From NCBI GenBank assembly GCA_034722055.1, contig JAYENL010000098.1, positions 1-11,065 on the forward strand: a DNA stretch of 11,065 nt. The letters run 5' to 3'. Within the stretch, counting starts at the first letter, position 1. Each line of letters opens with the position of its first letter. Made by a program: the position numbers and the translations under genes. A model generated the notes under the pieces. That model worked only from the letters and a program-made list of their open reading frames with translations. It made no database searches and was not told the origin of the DNA. Of the stretch, positions 1-6,939 are shown in pieces. Source of the DNA: Armatimonadota bacterium. GTDB taxonomy: Bacteria; Armatimonadota; Zipacnadia; Zipacnadales; UBA5352.

Positions 1-1
1 G

Positions 2-265
2 CCTGAGCGGGCCGTTGACGTAGCGCCATAGGTCGCCGGCGTCGCGGTGGGCCATCACCGCCTGCATCGCCGGCGCCGGCGGCAGACGGCTGAGCAGCGC
101 CAGGGCCACCGCTGCCGGCACGCGCAGGGCGTCGGCCGGGTGCATGGCCAGGGCCTGGAGGTGCTCGTAGGTGGCCTCGTCAGATTCCCAGTCACGAAAC
201 TGACCCGGCAAATCGTGACAGACCTCCACCGCCTTCTCCCACTGGGCCAGTTGGCCGTCGGACAC
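2..265 (-). CDS. Partial hypothetical protein running off the left edge (VSDGQLAQWEKAVEVCHDLPGQFRDWESDEATYEHLQALAMHP...WRYVNGPLR)
   Basis: Hand translation: the frame is open from GTG at 265 to the window edge and has protein-like composition. It is not in the ORF track. No clear RBS, so the start is uncertain. Confidence 0.5.
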   Translation of the reverse strand, partial: MSDGQLAQWEKAVEVCHDLPGQFRDWESDEATYEHLQALAMHPADALRVPAAVALALLSRLPPAPAMQAVMAHRDAGDLWRYVNGPLR

Positions 266-400
266 ACCGCGGCGCCGCCCGACGAGGCCGACCGCTGACG
301 TGCCTCGACCTGCGGAGCGCCGCCGGCACGCCTTCCCCGCAGCCGTCCTTCAGGGGGGCGCAGCCCCGCGAAAATCGGCGGAAAAAAAGTTGCCCCACCC

Positions 401-429
401 TTGCATTATATAAGTGAATGTGCTATTAT
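401..429 (+). promoter_or_regulatory. sigma70-type promoter with extended -10
   Basis: TTGCAT (401-406), 17-bp spacer, TATTAT (424-429) preceded by TGn. It lies in an AT-rich island with an upstream A-tract, ahead of the + strand operon. Confidence 0.8.
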
Positions 430-481
430 ATAGCTGGTGATGAGAGAGAGAAGGGGAAATAGAGAAGAGGAGATGAGACGA

Positions 482-1198
482 ATGCAGCGGCGTGCGACGA
501 GGGTATTCTACCGCGCGGTCGGGCGGATCGAGGGGCGCCTTGCCCTGGCGATCCGCGACGAGGAGGCCGCTAGCGGTGACGAGCAGGCGGCGGAGTGCGC
601 CGGTCGGCGCCGGGCGCTCTGCGAGGCGTTGCACGACCTCGGCGTCTCGCAGGACTACATCGACGAGCTCGTGCAGCATTGCCGCGCGGGCAAGTTGCTG
701 GTCGAATTCAATCGGGCCCCCGACGTGGGGCTCGACGAGCTCGAAGCCCCGGAAGTAGAGATGAGCGCAGTGTGCAGTAGGGCACTGTGCACTAGTGAGG
801 AGTGGGACGCCGCGACCGCCCGGGCGCGGACGTCCCGAGCAAATCAGGACCCGCCCCGGTGGGCGGATCCGACCTCCCTAGATATTCAGGAGGAGGTTCG
901 CTATGTGTGGGCCATTGTGCCTGCACCGAGCCCCATCGCAGCCCGCGAGGCGGGCTGCGATGTGGAGCTGAACGAGCGGGGCGAACTCCTCGGAGTGGCC
1001 TGGTCCTTCGGTCACTTCGCCGTTGGAGAGGACGGGGCGCTGGCTGTAGGGCCGGACCAGCGTCACGAGATGCGTCGGCTCAGAAGCCTGGCACAGGCAC
1101 TGCACGTGCCCGTGGAAGCGGATGTGGAGGCGGACCTCGACAGGCTCGGGGCCCGCAAGGGACAGATCAAAGCGCGGCTGGTGGAGGTGGATGGCTGA
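482..1198 (+). CDS. Hypothetical phage protein (238 aa)
   Basis: AGGAG ends 9 nt before ATG 482, so the track's start at 437 is probably too early. Its stop overlaps the next ATG (TGATG). No family recognised. Confidence 0.7.
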   Translation: MQRRATRVFYRAVGRIEGRLALAIRDEEAASGDEQAAECAGRRRALCEALHDLGVSQDYIDELVQHCRAGKLLVEFNRAPDVGLDELEAPEVEMSAVCSRALCTSEEWDAATARARTSRANQDPPRWADPTSLDIQEEVRYVWAIVPAPSPIAAREAGCDVELNERGELLGVAWSFGHFAVGEDGALAVGPDQRHEMRRLRSLAQALHVPVEADVEADLDRLGARKGQIKARLVEVDG

Positions 1199-1290
1199 TG
1201 GAGCCGATCACCGGTGTCGATTTCCTCATTGCATTCATCCTCGTCGTCCTGCTGCTGATGGGCCGGGACCTCTGGCAGGGCACTTCGTGA
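1198..1290 (+). CDS. Small single-pass membrane protein (30 aa, MEPITGVDFLIAFILVVLLLMGRDLWQGTS)
   Basis: GGAGGTG RBS at 1183-1189, TGATG coupling to the upstream gene and one strongly hydrophobic segment. Confidence 0.65.
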   Translation: MEPITGVDFLIAFILVVLLLMGRDLWQGTS

Positions 1291-1545
1291 TGGAGCCAAG
1301 AGGTCTGAGAGTACCATCATGGCAGAGCGAGCCAACGGAGGCGAGAGCACCAATCTCGCGGAGCGAGCCATGAACGCGGAGAGCGCCATCAGAGCAGGAG
1401 CGAGCCATGAGCTCGGAGAGCGCCAGCAGGAGCCAGAGCGAGCCATGAGTTCGGAGAGCGCCAGCAGGAGCCAGAGCGAGCCATGAATGATGAGAGCACC
1501 ATCAGCTCGGAGCGAGCCATGGGTTGCGAGAGCGCCAAGGGAGCG
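1289..1545 (+). repeat. TIGR-like tandem interspaced guide RNA array (two alternating 10-nt repeats, ~36-nt period, 7 units)
   Basis: Repeat A (GAGCGAGCCA) at 1325, 1361, 1398, 1436, 1474 and 1510, with a degenerate copy at 1289. Repeat B (GAGAGYRCCA) at 1307, 1343, 1379, 1416, 1454, 1492 and 1528. Variable 8-10-nt spacers lie between them. Unit periods are 36, 36, 37, 38, 38, 36. Confidence 0.9.
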
Positions 1546-1548
1546 AAT

Positions 1549-2607
1549 ATGAGTTACACCGGCCTCGCCAAGGATATCAGGACCCTGGTCCGGGAGCGCG
1601 CGCATCGTGACATCGTGCGCGAGCTCCGGGACATAGCCGGCGACCTGCAGCGGAGGGAGGCCCGCACACTGGTGGACTGGTACTACCAGGTGCAGGAGTA
1701 CCGCAAGCGCGCTGACAACCAGCTGCTGGCGCAGGAGCTCGGCGACGTGGCCGCGCTGCCTTTCGTCACGTGGATGGGGGCAAGCGTGACCACGCTGGAG
1801 GCGGACCTCAAGCACATGCTCGAGGACTTCGCCGCCGCTGACCCGGTAGGTCAGTGGGCGATGAGTGTGCGGGGGGTCGGTCCGGTAATCAGCGCTGGCC
1901 TCCTGGCGCACATCGACATCGCACGCGCGCCTACCGTCGGCAGCATCTGGCGGTTCGCTGGCCTGGACCCCAGCCTCACATGGTGTGCGGAGCACGAGGC
2001 CAAGGCGCTGGTGGCGGAGGTCCTCGGCGACCGCGAGGTGACGCGCGAGCACATCGCCGCCGCCGCCGCCCGCCTCAACCGCAGCCCGCAAAGCCTCCTC
2101 AACCTCTGGCCGACGGATAAGGACACCGGCGAGCGTAAGCCCCTCACCCGCGACAACTTCGTCAGCGCGGTGAAGACCCGCCCCTACAACGGGCGGCTTA
2201 AGACGCTGTGCTGGAAGATCGGCGAGAGCTTCGTCAAGCAGAGCGGTCGCGACGATGACGTCTACGGTCACCTGTACCTCTCGCGGAAGCAGTACGAGCA
2301 CGAGCGCAACGATGCTGGTGAACTCGAGGTCCAGGCTGTGGCCATGCTCCGGCGCAACCCCAACCACGCACAGGCTGCCATCTACCGCCAGGGCCGACTG
2401 CCCGATGGCCACCTGCACAGCCGGGCGAAGCGGTGGGCGGTGAAGCTGTTCCTGTCGCACTGGCACGAGGTGGCCTACTGGGAGCATTACGGCGAGCCGC
2501 CGCCCAAGCCCTACGTGTTCACGGTCGGCGATGGCGACCACGCACACCGGCTGCGACCGCCCAACTGGTCGCCGCCGCTCAAGGCCGACAGAAAGGAGAA
2601 AGACTGA
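1549..2607 (+). CDS. tasA: TasA-like RNA-binding protein (IS110 C-terminal/Nop-like domain, no RuvC or HNH nuclease domain seen), 352 aa
   Basis: SVRGVGPVISAGLLAHIDIARAPTVGSIWRFAGLDP resembles the IS110/IS116/IS902 (Transposase_20) motif and is preceded by a helical/coiled-coil region. The N-terminal DEDD RuvC motif is absent. The gene lies directly after the dual-repeat array. AAGGGAG precedes ATG 1549; the track's start at 1483 is inside the array. Confidence 0.8.
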   Translation: MSYTGLAKDIRTLVRERAHRDIVRELRDIAGDLQRREARTLVDWYYQVQEYRKRADNQLLAQELGDVAALPFVTWMGASVTTLEADLKHMLEDFAAADPVGQWAMSVRGVGPVISAGLLAHIDIARAPTVGSIWRFAGLDPSLTWCAEHEAKALVAEVLGDREVTREHIAAAAARLNRSPQSLLNLWPTDKDTGERKPLTRDNFVSAVKTRPYNGRLKTLCWKIGESFVKQSGRDDDVYGHLYLSRKQYEHERNDAGELEVQAVAMLRRNPNHAQAAIYRQGRLPDGHLHSRAKRWAVKLFLSHWHEVAYWEHYGEPPPKPYVFTVGDGDHAHRLRPPNWSPPLKADRKEKD

Positions 2608-2954
2608 TGCATAACCAATGGGATACATCGCGCCACGATAAATTGCGGGCGTTGCGGAATCTGAGCAGTAGCAAGGGCCAGATGGTATCCGTTCTGCTGC
2701 ACGAGCTGGAGGTGCACCTACCAGAGGACTTGCCGCGGGAGGTTGGGGACCGTATCCCTGACGCGGTGCGCGGCCTCCTGGGGCGGCCAAACGAACCGAT
2801 GCTGGAGCGCAGGTGGGCGCGGGAGTACCTCCTGGATGCACTCTGGGAAGTTGGTGTCGATTGGGCCGCAACGTTCGCGGAGGACGTGGTAGCCGAGGCG
2901 GAGGCCCTGGTCAAGGAGACAAAACGACAGACCGCCACAGGCGGAGGCGAGTGA
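2607..2954 (+). CDS. Hypothetical helical protein (115 aa), paralogue of 6936-7274
   Basis: AAAGGAG RBS, TGATG coupling to the tas-like gene, and an ungapped alignment to the 6936-7274 product. Confidence 0.8.
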   Translation: MHNQWDTSRHDKLRALRNLSSSKGQMVSVLLHELEVHLPEDLPREVGDRIPDAVRGLLGRPNEPMLERRWAREYLLDALWEVGVDWAATFAEDVVAEAEALVKETKRQTATGGGE

Positions 2955-2956
2955 GC

Positions 2957-4210
2957 ATGGCTAAGCGCGGCACGGTAGCGCTGCCGGGCCTGTATGATGT
3001 GCGTCTGACACAGGACGTACGCATCGCCGTTGGCGAGAAGCGGCAGGATGAGAAAGCACCGCGCCCACTCGACCATTTCGAGCTTGTCCGCTGGCATTCG
3101 GTGGGCCGACAATCAGGCGGGGGACGGTCCGGCTCCGGGTTCTACAAACGCGACCAGGAGGCCATGCGCCTGCTCGCCAAGCAGCTCGGCGAACAGCCCG
3201 GACCGAGTTTCAAGCCACGCCGGGTGCCCATAAGGGTACTCGCCAATCTGGAGCGTGTGCCTGATCCGGTACATGAGGGCGAGTATCGGTGGGAGGTGCC
3301 CGGTCTGGTTCTCTGGACGCGCATGGCCCGGTACGGGGGCAGCCGCCGAGTATGCGCGTGTGACAGATTCCGCCTGAAGACCAAAGAGGAATGCCAAAAA
3401 AGCGGAACGCCGTATCCGCCCGACCCGTCCACTCGGGGCGCATGGATCGGGAGGGCTTACGCGCGCGATTTCACCGGCGATACCATGCGGGAGTACAAGC
3501 GCTTATGTGACCCGGCGACCTGCCAGTTTGCACAGGACGGGACCTGCGCCCCCCAGACGGTCGTGACTTGCATGCTGGACTTTATGCCGCGTTGCGGAGC
3601 CGTCGCCAAGTTCGTGACGCGGAGCTGGCAGAGCACGCAGAAGATACGCGGGTCTCTGCTGCATATTGGGGCGCTGAGCCGGGGGTGGCTGCTGATGCTC
3701 GACCTCTGGCTCGTCGTAACCCAGGAGACCGTCAGTGCACGCGGCTGGCAGGGGCCAATCGTGCATGTTGAGTATGATGGCGACGTGGCGGCCCTCCGCC
3801 AGGAGAGCCTCCAGAAGAAGCGCGAACTCGTCGGGCTGGAGGAGGAACTGAAAGCGCTCGATACCGGCGAGGACCTGACGCCCCTGGATGATGGCGAGGA
3901 TGCCGCCGCCTGGCAGCGGGAGTTCGCCCCGGAAACCCAGGAGCTTTCACTGGACGATGTCGGCATAGAGGAAACGCTGCAGGAGTTCGCCGCGCAGGCG
4001 GGCTGGTCCAACGCCAAACTGACAGCCGAATTGGAGACGTGCGACGGTGACCAGCAGGCTGTCATTGAAATCCTGGAGGCCGAACTCGGCTACCTGCAGG
4101 ACGCCGAGTTCGAGGACGCCGAGGCGGAATCCGAACCCTGTCAATATGAGGATGACACGCCGCCGCCGGATTTCGAGGACGGCGGGCAGGCCAGGATGGA
4201 GGTGGACTAG
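2957..4210 (+). CDS. Phage recombination protein, Gp3-like/recombination-directionality-factor-like family (417 aa), with acidic C-terminus
   Basis: GGAGG RBS before ATG 2957. The N-terminal RIAVGEK...PRPLDHF and Cys-rich CACD...C-x4-C-x7-C segments resemble this family. It is adjacent to a PD-(D/E)XK exonuclease gene. Family call from recall. Confidence 0.6.
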   Translation: MAKRGTVALPGLYDVRLTQDVRIAVGEKRQDEKAPRPLDHFELVRWHSVGRQSGGGRSGSGFYKRDQEAMRLLAKQLGEQPGPSFKPRRVPIRVLANLERVPDPVHEGEYRWEVPGLVLWTRMARYGGSRRVCACDRFRLKTKEECQKSGTPYPPDPSTRGAWIGRAYARDFTGDTMREYKRLCDPATCQFAQDGTCAPQTVVTCMLDFMPRCGAVAKFVTRSWQSTQKIRGSLLHIGALSRGWLLMLDLWLVVTQETVSARGWQGPIVHVEYDGDVAALRQESLQKKRELVGLEEELKALDTGEDLTPLDDGEDAAAWQREFAPETQELSLDDVGIEETLQEFAAQAGWSNAKLTAELETCDGDQQAVIEILEAELGYLQDAEFEDAEAESEPCQYEDDTPPPDFEDGGQARMEVD

Positions 4211-5398
4211 GTGCGTGAATGGAGCCACTCTTGCCTCGCCCTCTACGAGCGCTGCCCGCTCGCCTGGAAGTTGCGCTACATCAACGGCGAGAAGGGCATA
4301 CCAAGCCCCGCGATGATTCGGGGTAAGCAGGTGCACGAGTTCTGCGAGGCGTACACGCACCATTGCCATGCAGAGAACGCGGAGACTGATTACGACTATG
4401 GCCGCGAACTGATGGCTTCGCTGCCGGCGGACGTGCGCCAGGTCTGTGAGACGTTCATGGAGACCACCCCCTTTGACTGGAGCCTAATCGTGGCGGATGG
4501 GGAGAGCGTCGAGCGCGACTTCTCAGTAGCACTTCCGTATGACCTCGGCCAGTTCCGCGGCCGCGTGGACCTCGTGCAGTGGAACGCCTACGCAGAGAGC
4601 CTCATCGTTACCGACTACAAGTCCGGCTGGGCGCCTTACCCGAAGCCCGAGCGGTGCCCGACGCAACTGCGCTGCTATGCCTGGGCCATGATGCAGGAGT
4701 TTCCGGCGGCGCGGGAAGTCACCGCTATCTACCGGCACCTCGGCGACAACGTAAGCCACGACTGGATACTCTATCAGCCCGAACCTGAGTGGGCTATCAG
4801 CCTTATCCGGCGCATCGAGGCTGATGACCGTTACGAGGCCACGCCCTCGCCACGCTCTTGTGCCTGGTGTGATTACACGCACGTGTGCCCGCTCGCCAAT
4901 GTGGACCCTGAGACCGTACTGACTTCGGAGGCGCAGGCGAAGCACACGCTTGAGCAGCTTGCGGCTATTGAGGCACGGCGTGACAAGCTGCGGCAGGCAC
5001 TCAATGACTGGGTGGACGAGCATGGCGAGGTCCGCGCGAACGGGCAGCGGGCCGGCAAGTACCCGCCGAAGTCGGTCGAGGAGATTGCGCCGGGAGAGTA
5101 CGTCTATACGGACCGATACGACCTGGCTTGCGATGGCGCTGATGAACTCGTTGAGGCACTTATGGCAGCAGGCCTTGATGATGATAGGATACAGGCCCTG
5201 TGGCCAGAGCCTCAGTTTGACGCTAAGGCCGCCGCTAAGCTCGTCGCCGAGCGCGAGCGCGACGAGGACCCCTTCGGCAGCGGCGAGGAGGACCCCGTGC
5301 TTGAGGTACTGCGCGAGTACCTGGTGTGCCCAGCATGGACCGGCAGCATGAGGTTCCGGATAGACCCGATAGACCGGAGGAAGGAGGAACGTAGGTGA
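4211..5398 (+). CDS. PD-(D/E)XK nuclease, Cas4/AddB/RecB-like, with probable Fe-S cluster (395 aa)
   Basis: WSHS...RCP, GxxVH, GRVDLV, DYKSG, QLRCYA and C-terminal CAWCDYTHVCP (one plus three Cys). GGAGGTGG RBS before GTG. Confidence 0.9.
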   Translation: MREWSHSCLALYERCPLAWKLRYINGEKGIPSPAMIRGKQVHEFCEAYTHHCHAENAETDYDYGRELMASLPADVRQVCETFMETTPFDWSLIVADGESVERDFSVALPYDLGQFRGRVDLVQWNAYAESLIVTDYKSGWAPYPKPERCPTQLRCYAWAMMQEFPAAREVTAIYRHLGDNVSHDWILYQPEPEWAISLIRRIEADDRYEATPSPRSCAWCDYTHVCPLANVDPETVLTSEAQAKHTLEQLAAIEARRDKLRQALNDWVDEHGEVRANGQRAGKYPPKSVEEIAPGEYVYTDRYDLACDGADELVEALMAAGLDDDRIQALWPEPQFDAKAAAKLVAERERDEDPFGSGEEDPVLEVLREYLVCPAWTGSMRFRIDPIDRRKEERR

Positions 5399-5589
5399 CC
5401 GCGTATGAGGTGACGGTCGATATCCGCGGACGTTACGGCACCGCAGTGTATGACACCAGCAACATGGCGCACGCAGCAAAGCTGGGTGTGGCGGATTGTA
5501 TCGACGACGAGGAACCAGAGGCCGTGCATGTCACGGTGCGAACACTGCCGACGGGCGTACGCTGGGAGCGCGACGAGGACTTGGGCTGA
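5395..5589 (+). CDS. Hypothetical protein (64 aa)
   Basis: AGGAGG RBS, GTGA overlap with the nuclease stop, acidic protein-like composition. Confidence 0.65.
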   Translation: MTAYEVTVDIRGRYGTAVYDTSNMAHAAKLGVADCIDDEEPEAVHVTVRTLPTGVRWERDEDLG

Positions 5590-5665
5590 TCGCCCTTACC
5601 ATCACAGCAGTAATCGCAGTTGCACCTGATCGCACCGACAGATAGCAGCAATGGAGGCGGCTAAA

Positions 5666-6253
5666 ATGAGATTAGGGCAGGTCGCGCTACTCTCAATTCT
5701 GACGGTGATGCTGGTGGACACGGCAGACGCGCGAAAATCGGCTCTAACGGGGCCAGGGCTGCTGCCAGCGGACCCCTGCCTGCGCGCGGCCACCAAGGCA
5801 CTCCGCGGCGATTACGGCCAGCTGCAGGAGTGGCAGCGGGTCGGCTACCAACAGGCCCTCCGCCATGGGGTGGTCTGGGCGGACGCGTGGGTCACCGTCT
5901 ACTACCCGCAGGAGGGCCATCGGCCCGGAGATCGGACCCGGTGGGGATGGCCGGTGGACGAGCGGTGTGCCGCCGCCAACGAGCTGCCTGGCTACGCCTT
6001 CGTCTGGTGCAATGCTAGTGGCATTCGCCAGGTGCTCGACACGGGCGCCGACCGCAATGATCGGGTGGCCCGCCGCAAAGGCGCGGAGCATTGGGTGGAC
6101 TTCTGGGTGCCGTACCCGACCGCGCTCGGCTTCTGTTCGGCGATCGTACACGTGGCGGCGATCAGGGGTCGGCAGCCGGCGCAGTGGAAGCACGGCAGAT
6201 CGCCGTCTCGCCCCAGAGGACGTCCGCCAGCTCACGCGTGGCTGGCTTACTGA
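5666..6253 (+). CDS. Secreted 3D-domain-like (double-psi beta-barrel) putative cell-wall-modifying protein (195 aa)
   Basis: GGAGG ends 8 nt before ATG 5666. Signal peptide MRLGQVALLSILTVMLVDTADA. Motifs VTVYY, AAANELP, VLDTGA and WVDFW parallel the 3D-domain TAY, AxD, DTG and ID motifs. Confidence 0.65.
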   Translation: MRLGQVALLSILTVMLVDTADARKSALTGPGLLPADPCLRAATKALRGDYGQLQEWQRVGYQQALRHGVVWADAWVTVYYPQEGHRPGDRTRWGWPVDERCAAANELPGYAFVWCNASGIRQVLDTGADRNDRVARRKGAEHWVDFWVPYPTALGFCSAIVHVAAIRGRQPAQWKHGRSPSRPRGRPPAHAWLAY

Positions 6254-6257
6254 GGAG

Positions 6258-6576
6258 GCAACATAGAATGTTGCGCCGGGCCACAAGCCAGCAGAAAGGA
6301 GGCGGAATAGCAGGTTCCGTGATCGGTGCCGCCCGTGTCGCCCATACCCCGGTGCGCTTGCGCACCGACCCCTCCCCCCTCGGCGCGGGCGGCGCAATCA
6401 TGATTTCCGGGGCGGGAAATCCGCCTTGGCCCCCCCGATGGACGCATCGGGTGCGTAAGGAGAGGTCCGGCGACGAGCGACCGTTGCGCCGCGAGTCGGG
6501 CCTCACAGTGCCCCGCCCGCGACGGCGGGTGCGCAACCGGGGCACTGTCCAAACTCATCGCCGACGCGCGCGTTGG
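6258..6576 (+). ncRNA. Candidate structured non-coding RNA or cis-regulatory leader (family not recognised)
   Basis: At least seven consecutive hand-verified stems, with G-U wobbles that favour the + strand, CUUG and GACG tetraloops, and a 7-bp loop-bulge complementarity. Confidence 0.6.
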
Positions 6577-6588
6577 AGGAGGATGACG

Positions 6589-6939
6589 ATGTCGGGACAC
6601 GACCGTATTGACACTATACCCGCCGCCACCGCCCGTCACTACCAGCAGATGGCGGTGCGTGACCGGGCTTGGGAGGCCGTCGAGCGCGATTTCAACGCGG
6701 GCGGCTATCTGGACGAGCTGTGTGACGAACTGGGGCCTGAGGACTGGGTGTCGGAGCTGGTCCATGGCATATTCTGGCGCGCGCGAAGCCGCGCGATGGA
6801 TGAGGGGATTAGCCCGGCCACCGCCGACCGCGTGGCCATGGCCGAACTCCGCGACCTCTTTGCGGATGCTGGCCAGGCGGCGCGGTACGACCAGGCCCGC
6901 CATGCCGTCTGCGAGCGGATAGTGGAGGATATGCTATGA
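6589..6939 (+). CDS. Hypothetical protein (116 aa)
   Basis: Strong GGAGGAGG RBS at 6575-6582 before ATG 6589, and ATGA overlap with the next gene. Confidence 0.75.
   Translation: MSGHDRIDTIPAATARHYQQMAVRDRAWEAVERDFNAGGYLDELCDELGPEDWVSELVHGIFWRARSRAMDEGISPATADRVAMAELRDLFADAGQAARYDQARHAVCERIVEDML

Noticed and set aside
769..793. 10-bp hairpin inside the first + strand ORF
   Set aside because: Isolated, contains two G-U pairs and has no U-tract, so it is plausibly chance.
1289..1545. CRISPR array
   Set aside because: Repeats are 10 nt of two alternating types and spacers are 8-10 nt, far shorter than CRISPR units. No cas1 or cas2 is present in the window.
1483..2607. Intact IS110 insertion sequence, or a start at 1483
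   Set aside because: No N-terminal DEDD RuvC domain or catalytic SG loop, and the gene is coupled within a phage operon. Codons 1483-1548 are translated array sequence.
1063..2871. 602-aa minus-strand ORF
   Set aside because: Antisense shadow of GC-rich + strand genes and the array, with no recognisable motif.
4211..5398. CRISPR-associated cas4
   Set aside because: No cas operon is present, and solo Cas4/RecB-like nucleases are common in phage recombination modules.
6300..6550. Cobalamin riboswitch, hammerhead ribozyme or tRNA
   Set aside because: The required conserved cores (B12 box, CUGAUGA with GAAA, T-loop cloverleaf) were not found in the correct arrangement.
6091..6588. N-terminal extension of the 6589-6939 gene (track ORF 6091-6939, or ATG 6268)
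   Set aside because: The sequence is Arg/Pro/Gly-rich and overlaps the upstream gene and the structured element, and a stronger RBS precedes ATG 6589. A start at 6268 is not fully excluded.
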